Positions 30,580 to 39,682 of a stretch of DNA of 64,000 nucleotides are shown here, piece after piece; positions within the stretch are counted from its first letter, which is position 1, and each line of letters opens with the position of its first letter. The stretch spans positions 96,001 to 160,000 of the IMG/VR virus record IMGVR_UViG_3300049792_000048. One strand, given 5' to 3'. The notes beneath the pieces were generated by a model. It had not been told where the DNA came from, searched no databases, and was given only the letters and a program-made list of their open reading frames with translations. This stretch comes from a virus (taxonomy: Duplodnaviria; Caudoviricetes). Both the position numbers and the translations under genes were made by a program.

Positions 30580-32451
30580 ATGCCCTTCCAGAGCAAGGCA
30601 CAGCAACGCAAGTTCTTCGCGATGGAAGCGGAGGGGAAGCTTCCCAAGGGGACTGCGATCGCTTGGGCTCATGAAACCAAGGACATCAAGGCGCTGCCGG
30701 AGAAGGTCGGCTGTGGAGACATGATCCAGTACTTCCACGACCACCCCGACAAGCTCCGCGAGAAGAAAGAACGGGACCGGAAGAAGGAGTCGAACTTCAA
30801 GTTGCACGGTGAGCGGGAGTTCCGCGGTCTCGACATCGCGATCGAGAACAAGAAGGGGACGAAGCGCTCCTGGTACGATCCGCACGGCAAGGAGAAGGGG
30901 TCAACCTTCATGCACTACGACTATGGTTACATCCGGCTCACTGAGGGCACGGATGGGGACCACGTCGATGTGTATATCGGGCCGTGGGGAGATGCGCCGG
31001 ACGTCTTCATCATCGACCAGATGAAGAAGCCCGATGGGGAGATCAAGAAGGACGGCGTCGCCTGGACGAAGTTCGATGAGCAGAAGGTAATGCTCGGCTT
31101 CAAGGACGAGGCGACGGCAAAGGCTGCATACCTCAAGCAGTACAACGACCCTCGGTTCTTCGGCTCGATCAAGGCCATGAACTTCGAGGAGTTCAAGATG
31201 AAGGTGTTGGACAAGGACAATCACGGTCAGAAGATCGCACTCGCGATCTCACCGACAGCGATCAGCCACCTCGGCCATGCCGGAGTGGGTGCAGGCATCG
31301 GCGCCGTCGCCGGCGGTCTCGGTGGCATGATGCACGCCGATGCAGGCCAGCGTCAGCAGGGAGCCCTCCGTGGAGCTCTTGTTGGAGCTGGGCTTGGTGC
31401 CGCCGGCGGCGCAGGCATCTCTGCGCTCAAGACGCAGGGGGCTCACCAGCTCAACACGCTCCGAGCTCAGGCAGGTTCGGCGGAGCTCGCAGCTCGTGAA
31501 GCCCACCAGGTCGCCGGCAAGACGATCGCAGACCCAGCTCTGGCGGGCACCATGCATGCTGGAGCTCCGGCAGCTCTCGGACGCAGCACAGCCGCGGCTC
31601 GTCCCGGTGTCGCCGGCGGAGCAGGTGGTGGGGGCGGCCTCGCTCTCAACACCCAGCAGAAGCAGGTCATGTCCCCCACGGCCTGGGGTGGCTCCTCTGC
31701 GTCCATGAAGCCCGAGCTCGCTCAGTCGATCGCTGCTTCCCGTGGCGGCCAGGCAGAGGCACTGAGGCGGGCAGCAGGGACCCTCGAACAGCAGCACGCC
31801 GCGATGAACAAGGGGCTGAACCGTGCCGGCCTCGTCGGGGCTGCCGCGGGCACCGGCTTGATGGGGTACATGGCGGTGCCTCACCAGTACGGTGGCGTCA
31901 GTCCGGGCAAGCAGGCCTCGGAAGATCCCCGCACCTCACGCATCGCAGATCGCATCGACGACGTCGGCATCGCGACGCTCGCCTCACCCTATCTCGCTGA
32001 TGCTGCCGCCGGCGGCCTGAAGCGTCTGATGCTTCGAGGCGGTCGGATGGGAGCTCTCGCTGCGGAAGGCCACACCATCGCCGAAGGGCTCGCACATCAT
32101 CTTCATCATCCTGCGGTCGAGCTCGGTGGTCTAGGGCTCGTCGCTCCGGGCATCACGCACTCGCTCGCTCGTCCGTTGGCACAGGCGACCGCCCCGAAGC
32201 TCTCGCCACCGATCCAGAAAGTCGCCGCCGAGCTCGGGAGGGCCTTGGCCAACCCGGACCACCAGATCAAGCACAGTGGCTACGGCCGCCTCGCACTGGG
32301 TCTCGGTGCAGTAGGCGCCGTCGGTGCCGGCCTGATCGGGGCAAAGAAAGGGGTGGATGCCGTCCAGCATCTGGCGACCGCTACACCTCAACCCATTCGG
32401 TACGCTGGCGTCCAGCCAGGAATGCGTCCGCCGGCACCGGCGGGAATGTAA
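30580..32451 (+). CDS. Multimodular head protein: MPFxSKAQ leader, inorganic-pyrophosphatase-like domain, glycine-zipper peptides
   Basis: IAIENKKG..R...MHYDYGYIRLTEGTDGDHVDVYIGP...FDEQKVMLGF; GxxxG segments bounded by KIA, KQAS, KVAA, KHSG. Confidence 0.7.
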   Translation: MPFQSKAQQRKFFAMEAEGKLPKGTAIAWAHETKDIKALPEKVGCGDMIQYFHDHPDKLREKKERDRKKESNFKLHGEREFRGLDIAIENKKGTKRSWYDPHGKEKGSTFMHYDYGYIRLTEGTDGDHVDVYIGPWGDAPDVFIIDQMKKPDGEIKKDGVAWTKFDEQKVMLGFKDEATAKAAYLKQYNDPRFFGSIKAMNFEEFKMKVLDKDNHGQKIALAISPTAISHLGHAGVGAGIGAVAGGLGGMMHADAGQRQQGALRGALVGAGLGAAGGAGISALKTQGAHQLNTLRAQAGSAELAAREAHQVAGKTIADPALAGTMHAGAPAALGRSTAAARPGVAGGAGGGGGLALNTQQKQVMSPTAWGGSSASMKPELAQSIAASRGGQAEALRRAAGTLEQQHAAMNKGLNRAGLVGAAAGTGLMGYMAVPHQYGGVSPGKQASEDPRTSRIADRIDDVGIATLASPYLADAAAGGLKRLMLRGGRMGALAAEGHTIAEGLAHHLHHPAVELGGLGLVAPGITHSLARPLAQATAPKLSPPIQKVAAELGRALANPDHQIKHSGYGRLALGLGAVGAVGAGLIGAKKGVDAVQHLATATPQPIRYAGVQPGMRPPAPAGM

Positions 32452-32478
32452 GTCCCTGGAAGAGACGCGGGGGCAGGG

Positions 32479-32512
32479 GGCTCCGAGGACGATCCTCGGA
32501 GCCTTTTGTTTT
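32479..32512 (+). terminator. Intrinsic terminator ending virion module
   Basis: GGCTCCGAGGA-CGA-TCCTCGGAGCC-TTTTGTTTT. Confidence 0.8.
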
Positions 32513-32993
32513 AGATGATCTTGATTGATGTCGGGAAGTTCTGCTTCTCGAACGTCGGCTGCTCTTTCTCCAAGAGCTTCTTGATGGTGGGGTCTTCCTC
32601 TTCAGAGATCGCCTTCTCGATCTTCTTCTGGGCGGTTTGGATGAGGGCCTCCCTCTTCTTTCGATGCTCCGTCTTCTCTGTGAAGCGGAACACGATGTCG
32701 GCGAGGTCCTGCTTCGATGTCCCGTGCGGGAGAGGCTTCTTCTGTTCGAGAGCGTTGACGATCGCCTTCTGCGCATCGCTGTAGTGCTCAGGGCGACCGA
32801 ACACATCCGCGACAAGCGGGCGGAGGTCGGGGAAGTACATCTCGATCAGACTCTTGTCGTGGATCGCAGACACCGGAGGACCGAGCTCGAAGGTGGGGTT
32901 CAGCCGCGGCTTGTTCGTCTCGATGAAGTCCGGCACCTTCGGGAGGTGTGCCTTGAGGAAGTCTTCGTACGGCTTCTTCTTAGTCATCGGCAT
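32511..32993 (-). CDS. Hypothetical protein
   Basis: 160-aa Lys/Glu-rich ORF in minus-strand operon. Confidence 0.6.
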   Translation of the reverse strand: MPMTKKKPYEDFLKAHLPKVPDFIETNKPRLNPTFELGPPVSAIHDKSLIEMYFPDLRPLVADVFGRPEHYSDAQKAIVNALEQKKPLPHGTSKQDLADIVFRFTEKTEHRKKREALIQTAQKKIEKAISEEEDPTIKKLLEKEQPTFEKQNFPTSIKII

Positions 32994-33564
32994 GTGTAGG
33001 ACGGTACGACGAAACGACGGCGTCGTCGATCATCGCATGGTGGGTATCCCAGACGATCTCGATGGTGTCGTAGTTGTCGAGAAGCTCGACGGGCGTGAAC
33101 CCAACATCATCACAGATCGAAGTGATGTGGTCGATGTAGATGCGGGCTTCGACGGGAAGGATCCCGAAGTGGCTGGAGACAGCGATGACCTTGGTGGCCA
33201 TCGGGACGGCACGCATCTTCTCGACCTGCCATCGAGAGAAAACATCGACTGCCAGCACCCACTGCGGCTTGCGGACCTCCATCGTACCGACACGGGTCAC
33301 CAGCCCGTTCTGCGCTTTGAAGTTCTTCAGAGCTACATAGTTGGTGTTCGACCTCTGCATGATGTCGGTGTGGTTGTGGACGCCGCCCCACATCCCGATC
33401 GTCGCCGCCCAGTGACTGGAAAGCGGACGGAGATGCCAGGTGTGCTCGAAGCGTTCTTTCAACGCATCCTTCACCCCGAAGCGCTTCAGCGCACGTACCG
33501 GACGAGTGAGGAGAAGGAGTTGATGTTCGAGGGTGTCAGCGAGGACGGACATAGATTTCCTCAC
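32980..33564 (-). CDS. Hypothetical protein
   Basis: 194-aa ORF overlapping both neighbours. Confidence 0.55.
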   Translation of the reverse strand: MRKSMSVLADTLEHQLLLLTRPVRALKRFGVKDALKERFEHTWHLRPLSSHWAATIGMWGGVHNHTDIMQRSNTNYVALKNFKAQNGLVTRVGTMEVRKPQWVLAVDVFSRWQVEKMRAVPMATKVIAVSSHFGILPVEARIYIDHITSICDDVGFTPVELLDNYDTIEIVWDTHHAMIDDAVVSSYRPTHADD

Positions 33565-34093
33565 AGAGGTTGGTGCAGAAGTTCGAGGTGATGTTGGGGT
33601 CGACCGGCGAAGTGCAGGTCAGGCACTTCTTGGTGGTGGTGTTCAGGTGTCGGGTGTAGATCTCAAGGCCTTGCTCGACACTACGAGCACTGACACCCAA
33701 GGCGGAGCTGATGTCAGAGGGGGAAAGGCCCATTACTCGATGAGCAGCATCGAGGAGGCGGAGGAACAGGGTGTAGTCGAGGTGTTCACGAACTACAAAC
33801 ATCGGAGGTTCCCACGCCCCCGAGACCGGACTGTGCTGAACACGATGTCGGACATCTCCGAGAGCTTCTCCGAGAGTGCTGATTGCGTAGATGTCGGCGA
33901 GTTCCTTTGACTCGTAGCCTCGTGGCCTCTTCAGCTTGTGCTGCAACCGCCAACGCTGCACCGAACGAAGAGGGATGCCGGTCAGAGCTGCGGCTTGATC
34001 GTCAGTCATGCCATTCGCCATGTCGACACGAAGAGGATCGAGGAGCTCATCCTTCTCTCGATCAGTGAAGTGGGTACGCTTGTCTTGGGGCAT
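33536..34093 (-). CDS. Putative DNA-binding protein: two HTH motifs plus C-terminal Zn finger
   Basis: MTDDQAAALTGIPLRSVQRW; LSPSDISSALGVSARSV; CLTC...CTNLC; GAGGAG RBS. Confidence 0.65.
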   Translation of the reverse strand: MPQDKRTHFTDREKDELLDPLRVDMANGMTDDQAAALTGIPLRSVQRWRLQHKLKRPRGYESKELADIYAISTLGEALGDVRHRVQHSPVSGAWEPPMFVVREHLDYTLFLRLLDAAHRVMGLSPSDISSALGVSARSVEQGLEIYTRHLNTTTKKCLTCTSPVDPNITSNFCTNLCEEIYVRPR

Positions 34094-34112
34094 CAGCTCT
34101 CCTCTTCTACCT

Positions 34113-34395
34113 CATAGCTGGAAAGAGTGAAAGGAGTAAAAGGGAGGATCTTTGACCAGCCTGTCTGCGCAGCAGCTAGCTTCCTCTCTTTAGAAAGAGT
34201 ATTAAAGTAGTAAAGAGAGTAAGTATAGGAGAGGTAGAGTGAGGGGTATTGGGATTGTGTTGTCAAAAGGGTTGATGTTGGTGGGTTGTGTTAAAGGTGC
34301 TCCCTTTTACTCCTTTCAGCTATGGCTAGAGAGACTGAGACACCTCGACCTCAGAGTTGGTCGACTTTGCTCCCTTTTACTCCTTCTTGCTATGC
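34113..34395. repeat. Three copies of CTCCCTTTTACTCCTT (one inverted) around a C-poor spacer; candidate origin or divergent control region
   Basis: 34128-34146 is a perfect 19-bp inverted copy of 34300-34318; direct copy at 34370-34385. Confidence 0.75.
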
Positions 34396-34410
34396 AAAGC
34401 AGACGAGCGT

Positions 34411-35022
34411 ATGCTCCGCACCATGTCACTCCAGCATCTGCTCGGTACGGTCAAAGGAGCCGGCCTCCTCAACCCGAAGGTCCAGAAGATCCTCCAGAAC
34501 CACTGTGAGGCCGGACGTATCCTCGAAGTTGCGGAGGTGGTGGCGAAGACCGTCTTCGACCAAGCCCTCGTCGATCGTACGATGCCGGAGCCGCAGGGCA
34601 TCAAGACCAAAGAGCTGCACGACCGCGCCGCGGACGCCGCCAAGCATCTTGCTGAGCAGTATGCTCGGCGAGGCGTGCTGGTCGCCAAGGAGTTCTTGCC
34701 GGCAAGTCAGCTCGCTCTGATCATCCTTCGGATGTGGGAGGAGCAGTTCTCGTCGGTGCTTCGGAATCCCGAAGAGCATCATGATTTGGTAGAGGGCGTC
34801 TCTTCCGATTTCATCACGCGGCAGGCTGTTGCTGCGCAAGCAGTTCGTGACCTTCTCGCACGCCTTCCCACGACGAGTGATGGTGAGGGCCTCATCCTCC
34901 CTATGAAGGAGGTAGAGGGCTTTTGTGTACGCTCAGTGAAGGCGATGCATGCTGCCTTCGTCAACCCGGATGTGGCGGTACACAAGACGCTGCATGGTGA
35001 AGAACCCAAGGAACACGAATGA
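34411..35022 (+). CDS. Hypothetical protein
   Basis: Helical ~200-aa ORF, ATGA-coupled to exonuclease; start uncertain. Confidence 0.6.
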   Translation: MLRTMSLQHLLGTVKGAGLLNPKVQKILQNHCEAGRILEVAEVVAKTVFDQALVDRTMPEPQGIKTKELHDRAADAAKHLAEQYARRGVLVAKEFLPASQLALIILRMWEEQFSSVLRNPEEHHDLVEGVSSDFITRQAVAAQAVRDLLARLPTTSDGEGLILPMKEVEGFCVRSVKAMHAAFVNPDVAVHKTLHGEEPKEHE

Positions 35023-35615
35023 ACATCGACATCACGAAGATCGCCGGCATGACGTGGACGAGCGTCCCCATCATCATCTATGACTTGGAGACGACGGGCT
35101 TCAGCAAGGAAGACAAGATCGTGGAGTTCGGGGCGGTCTTGATGGAAGGAAACCGTGTCGTTGACACGATGCACCACATCATCAACCCCGGTCGTCCCAT
35201 CCCGCCGGAGACGACGAAGGTCCACAACATCACCGACGCCATGGTCGCCAGCGCTCCGCGCTGGAGAGATGTTGCGCGTGAGTGCTTCACCTTTCTCTTT
35301 CGGGGCTTCCCCATCGTCGCCCACAACTTCGGCTTCGACTCGCGCATGCTGGCGCAGCAGGTCGATCCTCGTCAGTGGCCCCGCAACATCTTCACCCTCT
35401 GCACGATGGTGGAGGCACGGAAGATGGGGCACAAAGGAAAAGCGAAGCTCACCGACCTCGCTGAGCACTACAACCTGGAGTACGAGACTGAACACGCAGC
35501 GCTCGACGATGCCATTGTCACGGGACGTTTGGCTCGGCGATTCGCTGGTGCTCAGCTCGTCTCCAACTACTACACGAAGACCACTGGGGAGTGGGCTGAC
35601 AGCTACATCAAGTGA
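35019..35615 (+). CDS. DEDDh 3'-5' exonuclease (DnaQ/epsilon-like)
   Basis: YDLETTG, AHNFGFD, HAALDDA. Confidence 0.9.
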   Translation: MNIDITKIAGMTWTSVPIIIYDLETTGFSKEDKIVEFGAVLMEGNRVVDTMHHIINPGRPIPPETTKVHNITDAMVASAPRWRDVARECFTFLFRGFPIVAHNFGFDSRMLAQQVDPRQWPRNIFTLCTMVEARKMGHKGKAKLTDLAEHYNLEYETEHAALDDAIVTGRLARRFAGAQLVSNYYTKTTGEWADSYIK

Positions 35616-35865
35616 GCGGAGTGAACCGAGGACCGCGCGTCTCACCGAGGTCGCAGTCCCTTCCTCCGATGCTATGGATGTTTCGGCCGTAGGACACCTG
35701 TTCCAAGAACTCGGAGAGAGGGCGGTACCAGACACGGCCGTCGGTGCCACGGTAGATGACAAGGTCATCCCCGTCTTTCTGCCGGTCCGAATCATGGGCG
35801 ACCGCAATCACGAAATAGAGACCGCCGCCCTTGTAGTGTCGGAAGAACTTGTTGACAGGGTCCAT
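35608..35865 (-). CDS. DUF1653-like protein
   Basis: FRHYKGGGLYFVIAVA...LVIYR...VWYRPLSEF. Confidence 0.75.
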   Translation of the reverse strand: MDPVNKFFRHYKGGGLYFVIAVAHDSDRQKDGDDLVIYRGTDGRVWYRPLSEFLEQVSYGRNIHSIGGRDCDLGETRGPRFTPLT

Positions 35866-36083
35866 CAGTCTTTGTCCTTGAGGTGGAGGTCGTAGATCTC
35901 GCTGGTGGTGGTGTCCCAGATCTGCGCCCATTCGCAGTACGAGGCGTCCTTCGTGATTTCCTTTTTCAGGATGTCACTGATGTGGTGCAGGGTCTCCGTC
36001 CTCGTGTCGAAGTTGCCTGCGTAGTCCCGCGCACCGCCACGCGGGTAGTAAGTGTCTCCGATGAACAGCAAGAAACGCTTCAT
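35865..36083 (-). CDS. Small phage protein
   Basis: MKRFLLFIGDTYYPRGGARD; TGATG coupling. Confidence 0.65.
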   Translation of the reverse strand: MKRFLLFIGDTYYPRGGARDYAGNFDTRTETLHHISDILKKEITKDASYCEWAQIWDTTTSEIYDLHLKDKD

Positions 36084-36084
36084 C

Positions 36085-36813
36085 TCAACCCCAGATGTCC
36101 ATGATGTCGGACGCCGTGACGTCGAGGTCCCCATCAGCCGATGGCACCATGCAGATCTCTTCGAGACCCAACAGGCATGCCCGATGGAAGCTGTCCTCCT
36201 CGAATGCGAGAGGGCGCTGCTTCTGCCGCTGATCCGCATAGACGTCAGGAGCCAGGTCGAAGACGACTCCAGCGCCGAAGTCACGAGGGTCGTACCCCAT
36301 GTACGGCGAGCTGAACTCGTCGAGGATGGGCTCCCAGTTCTCGGTCGGAGCGCGAAGCACCAGCTTCCTCATGCACCATGCGGGGAACCACTCCGCACTC
36401 GAAGGCCACTGCCCATGCGGAAAGGCGTGCGCATAGAACACTGGGTCGTGGTAGCGGTACGGAGGAAGACGCCGACTCGCTTCGATCTGAGCCACCGCGA
36501 AATCGAACATGCCACCGGTCTGATGGACGATCCGATGCAGCTCGAACTGATACCTGCTGATGACGAGACGGATCTCCCAGATGTTCGGGTACGGACCCTG
36601 CCCAGCAAGATGCCGCGGAACCTCCAGAAGTCGGGCGAGGTCACCCACCTTCATGTTCGTCTTCGGCGGATGCTCGGCGAGCAGGCTGAGGAAGGCCTCG
36701 TCCTCCGGGGTCATGCCTGCTGGGTTGATGAGCTGAACCCGGAGCTCGTGCTCCGCCGGCAGGCTCTTCACCGGCTTGATTCGATTCGCTTCCTTGAGTT
36801 TCGTGAACATCAA
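36085..36813 (-). CDS. Hypothetical protein
   Basis: AAAGGA RBS and promoter motif upstream. Confidence 0.65.
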   Translation of the reverse strand: MMFTKLKEANRIKPVKSLPAEHELRVQLINPAGMTPEDEAFLSLLAEHPPKTNMKVGDLARLLEVPRHLAGQGPYPNIWEIRLVISRYQFELHRIVHQTGGMFDFAVAQIEASRRLPPYRYHDPVFYAHAFPHGQWPSSAEWFPAWCMRKLVLRAPTENWEPILDEFSSPYMGYDPRDFGAGVVFDLAPDVYADQRQKQRPLAFEEDSFHRACLLGLEEICMVPSADGDLDVTASDIMDIWG

Positions 36814-36822
36814 GATGTCCTT

Positions 36823-36838
36823 TCATCTTCCTTATAGT
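36823..36838 (-). promoter_or_regulatory. Recurrent phage promoter-like motif
   Basis: Minus strand ACTATAAGGAAGATGA. Confidence 0.55.
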
Positions 36839-36872
36839 GCTCAAACCCGTCTGTATTTCCGAAGGAACCAAC

Positions 36873-37223
36873 ATGCGTTGCATCAGCTGCAAGTCCGAGA
36901 ACCTCCTCTGTCACGTCCAGGCCAGCCTCGCGCTGCCTCTCTCGAAGAAGGGCGGAACCATCAACCTGAAGGGGGTGGTCGTGAAGCAGACCGACCTGAA
37001 GGCGTGGTGGGACAATGAGGGCGGTAACCCCGATCGCGAAGAGCGTCTCATCCGCGGCCCGATCGTCTGCGGGGACTGCCTGGAGGAACACGTCTACCTG
37101 AAGGGGCTGAGCCCGTCGCTTCGGAAGATGACATACGCCGACGCCCTGCTGAAGGGTTACGGGTCCTTTGCCGCGGAGTCGGCACCCAGCACCGACGATG
37201 GTGAAGGCTCCGAAACGGAGTAG
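36873..37223 (+). CDS. Zn-ribbon protein
   Basis: CISC...CGDC; AAGGA RBS. Confidence 0.6.
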   Translation: MRCISCKSENLLCHVQASLALPLSKKGGTINLKGVVVKQTDLKAWWDNEGGNPDREERLIRGPIVCGDCLEEHVYLKGLSPSLRKMTYADALLKGYGSFAAESAPSTDDGEGSETE

Positions 37224-37232
37224 ACTCCGCGC

Positions 37233-37604
37233 ATGGCCATCTCGATCAGCCGCGACAAGTACGAAGCCCTCCTCGACTTCGCCTTCGATCGGCGTACCGA
37301 CAGGGACGAGCTCGTCGCTCTCCAGAAGAGCATCGACACCGCCAACGGTGTGAGGCGCTTCCTTCTCGTCATCCGATGGATGGAGCGTGGTGGCAAGACG
37401 CCGTCGCGCATCGAGATCGGTAAGGGCTGGCCTCCGACGCAGACCTTCACCCTTCAGCTCGATCGCCCCATCTCTCGTACGGACGTTGACAACGTCCTCA
37501 GTACGCAAGCCAAGAACGCCGTCTATCCGACGGTGACAAACGATGAGCTCGGCGAAGTAGGCTGGACCGAGTTGGACCTGTGGAGTTTCGAGGACAACGT
37601 CTGA
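37233..37604 (+). CDS. Hypothetical protein
   Basis: 123-aa ORF, GGAG RBS. Confidence 0.6.
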   Translation: MAISISRDKYEALLDFAFDRRTDRDELVALQKSIDTANGVRRFLLVIRWMERGGKTPSRIEIGKGWPPTQTFTLQLDRPISRTDVDNVLSTQAKNAVYPTVTNDELGEVGWTELDLWSFEDNV

Positions 37605-37614
37605 CAGGAGACGC

Positions 37615-38220
37615 ATGGTCAAAGTTGATGATGTCTTCGGGCGTCTGATCGTTGTGGGTTTGGAAGGGTCTCATGCGATCTGCCGTTGTTCTTGTGGAAC
37701 CACGAAGAAGATCTTCGCGGGATCACTGCAACGAGGATCGACGAAGTCATGCGGCTGCCTCCGTAGAGAAGTAGGCGGGAGAGATCCCACGCATGGGATG
37801 TCGGCTTCTCCGGAGTACCGTGCGTGGTCTTCCCTCATTCAGCGGTGCGGGAATCCGAACGATAGAAGCTACGAGAACTACGGAGGTCGCGGCCTTCAAG
37901 TTCATCTTCCGTGGAAGAGGGACTTCTCGCTTTTTCTGAAAGAAGTGGGACCGCGCCCTAGCGAAGCTCATTCTCTTGATCGAAAAGACAACTCGTTAGG
38001 GTACGTGCCCGGAAATGTTCGGTGGGCCACTGGTGCTCAACAAAGTCGAAACAAGCGTACGAGCCGTATGCTGACTTTTCAGGGCAGAACCCAGTGCTTG
38101 ACGGATTGGGCAACCGAACTCGGGATCTCTAAGAAAACGCTGCACCAACGCCTCACGGATGGGATGTCAGTGGAGCGAGCTCTCACACAAACCTTGCAGA
38201 AACAGGATCGCAGAACATGA
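37615..38220 (+). CDS. HNH-like endonuclease
   Basis: CRCSCG...TKSCGC; YENYGGRG; HSLDRKDNSLGYVPGNVRWAT. Confidence 0.8.
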   Translation: MVKVDDVFGRLIVVGLEGSHAICRCSCGTTKKIFAGSLQRGSTKSCGCLRREVGGRDPTHGMSASPEYRAWSSLIQRCGNPNDRSYENYGGRGLQVHLPWKRDFSLFLKEVGPRPSEAHSLDRKDNSLGYVPGNVRWATGAQQSRNKRTSRMLTFQGRTQCLTDWATELGISKKTLHQRLTDGMSVERALTQTLQKQDRRT

Positions 38221-38501
38221 ACAACAACGTGCCGGACCGTGCCCGGCTCTACCGCTTCTTCACCTGGCTCTATCGACCGACCAGTCTCTTCAACCTGAAC
38301 ACCATCCTCGCGCAGCTCCGCGACATCGAGCTGGTGCATCTGATGGGTGAGCTGAAGAACAAACCCGCTGTCACCATCGCGTGGGCGGAATATGGTCGTC
38401 GGCACAAGCTCGCCGACATCGCCTTCACGCTGGAGCTGAAGGATGTCCTGGAGGTTCAGGTGCGGAACCTCGTGCTGACGTCTCAGCTCAGGTCGGCGTG
38501 A
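38217..38501 (+). CDS. Hypothetical protein
   Basis: ATGA-coupled 94-aa ORF. Confidence 0.55.
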   Translation: MNNNVPDRARLYRFFTWLYRPTSLFNLNTILAQLRDIELVHLMGELKNKPAVTIAWAEYGRRHKLADIAFTLELKDVLEVQVRNLVLTSQLRSA

Positions 38502-38971
38502 CCTCCGACGAGCTCGGACTCCTCGTTCTGAAGATCCAAGACGACGATGTCCGGCAGAAGGATCTACGCGACTTCCTCCGCACCATCACGACTGACGAAG
38601 AAGTGCGTCGTAACGCCAAGCTCGTCAGTGGGCTTTCTGGGTTGAAGGAGGATGTTCGCACAAAGCACTGCCTAGCGAACGTGATGGTGTTGTTGGCAGA
38701 CAGCCAGCTTGCCCCGCCGCCAGGAGATGTGGAAGTTGTGGAGCGAAAGACAACGACGCTCTTCTCAACGAAGCTGGCAGCCATCATCACAGGGCCGTGG
38801 CGCAAGCACATCCGCCCCGACCAAGTGCTCTCCGCTGCCGAGCTGCAACGACGGATGCGCGGAGGTCGCGGTGTCAGTGCAGTCCCGACGCTCTATGTCT
38901 CCGATCTGCTCGCTTCGCATGTCATCGCCCTCGAAGATTTCTGGGGAGTGCGCGGAACGTTCATGGCGTAA
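38498..38971 (+). CDS. Hypothetical protein
   Basis: GTGA-coupled ORF. Confidence 0.5.
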   Translation: MTSDELGLLVLKIQDDDVRQKDLRDFLRTITTDEEVRRNAKLVSGLSGLKEDVRTKHCLANVMVLLADSQLAPPPGDVEVVERKTTTLFSTKLAAIITGPWRKHIRPDQVLSAAELQRRMRGGRGVSAVPTLYVSDLLASHVIALEDFWGVRGTFMA

Positions 38972-38982
38972 GTAGTTTCATG

Positions 38983-39008
38983 AATCGCCTATCAGAGAGA
39001 TGAGGAGG
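38983..39008 (+). promoter_or_regulatory. Recurrent phage promoter-like motif plus RBS
   Basis: AATCGCCTATCAGAGAGATGAGGAGG. Confidence 0.6.
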
Positions 39009-39014
39009 TCTTTC

Positions 39015-39626
39015 ATGAACACGAACACGAACCCCGACAACCATCGTCCCCATCACAACCATCAGCGTCCGCGGCAGGAGAACAGACTCAACCGCAGCGC
39101 CGTCGAGGTGATGCAACATCTGCCGATGGGCTGGACCGCCACGGTCACCGAGCCCGACGCAGAAGGGACGAAGGACCGACGCACCCGCCTTCGGGTCATG
39201 GTCCTGGAGCACCCGGACAAGGGGTTTCGTCTCCTCATGTTCCTGACGATCCGCATCCCGAAACGGATGCAGACCGATGCAGGAGAAGTGGAGGTGATCG
39301 ACGACATGGACATCCTTCCCCAGAACATCGTCGAGGCCGCACTTCCGGCTGATCTGTTCAATCACGGCAAGGTCCTCGAAGAGCTGTGCGTGAAGCTCGA
39401 CGACTACGCGAAGAAGCAGGCGGCCCTCCCGCCACCGAGCAAGAAGCCCCTGACGCAGCGACCCTTCGCCCACAAGCTGTCGGCTGAAGTGAGCCGTGGC
39501 CGACAGGAACAGCGTCGTCAGCAGGTGCACGAGCAGGAACAGCAGTTCCAGCCGAACCAGAGAAAGAAGAACCGACGCGGTCGTCAGGGTGACCATCGGT
39601 CGCTCTTGGCGCTCGCCATCGGCTGA
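39015..39626 (+). CDS. Hypothetical protein with Arg/Gln-rich termini
   Basis: GAGGAGG RBS before ATG 39015. Confidence 0.65.
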   Translation: MNTNTNPDNHRPHHNHQRPRQENRLNRSAVEVMQHLPMGWTATVTEPDAEGTKDRRTRLRVMVLEHPDKGFRLLMFLTIRIPKRMQTDAGEVEVIDDMDILPQNIVEAALPADLFNHGKVLEELCVKLDDYAKKQAALPPPSKKPLTQRPFAHKLSAEVSRGRQEQRRQQVHEQEQQFQPNQRKKNRRGRQGDHRSLLALAIG

Positions 39627-39682
39627 GGCGGGAAGAAGGGAGGGGCCGTGCGCCTCTCCCTTCTCTTTGCCAGGATGTACAC

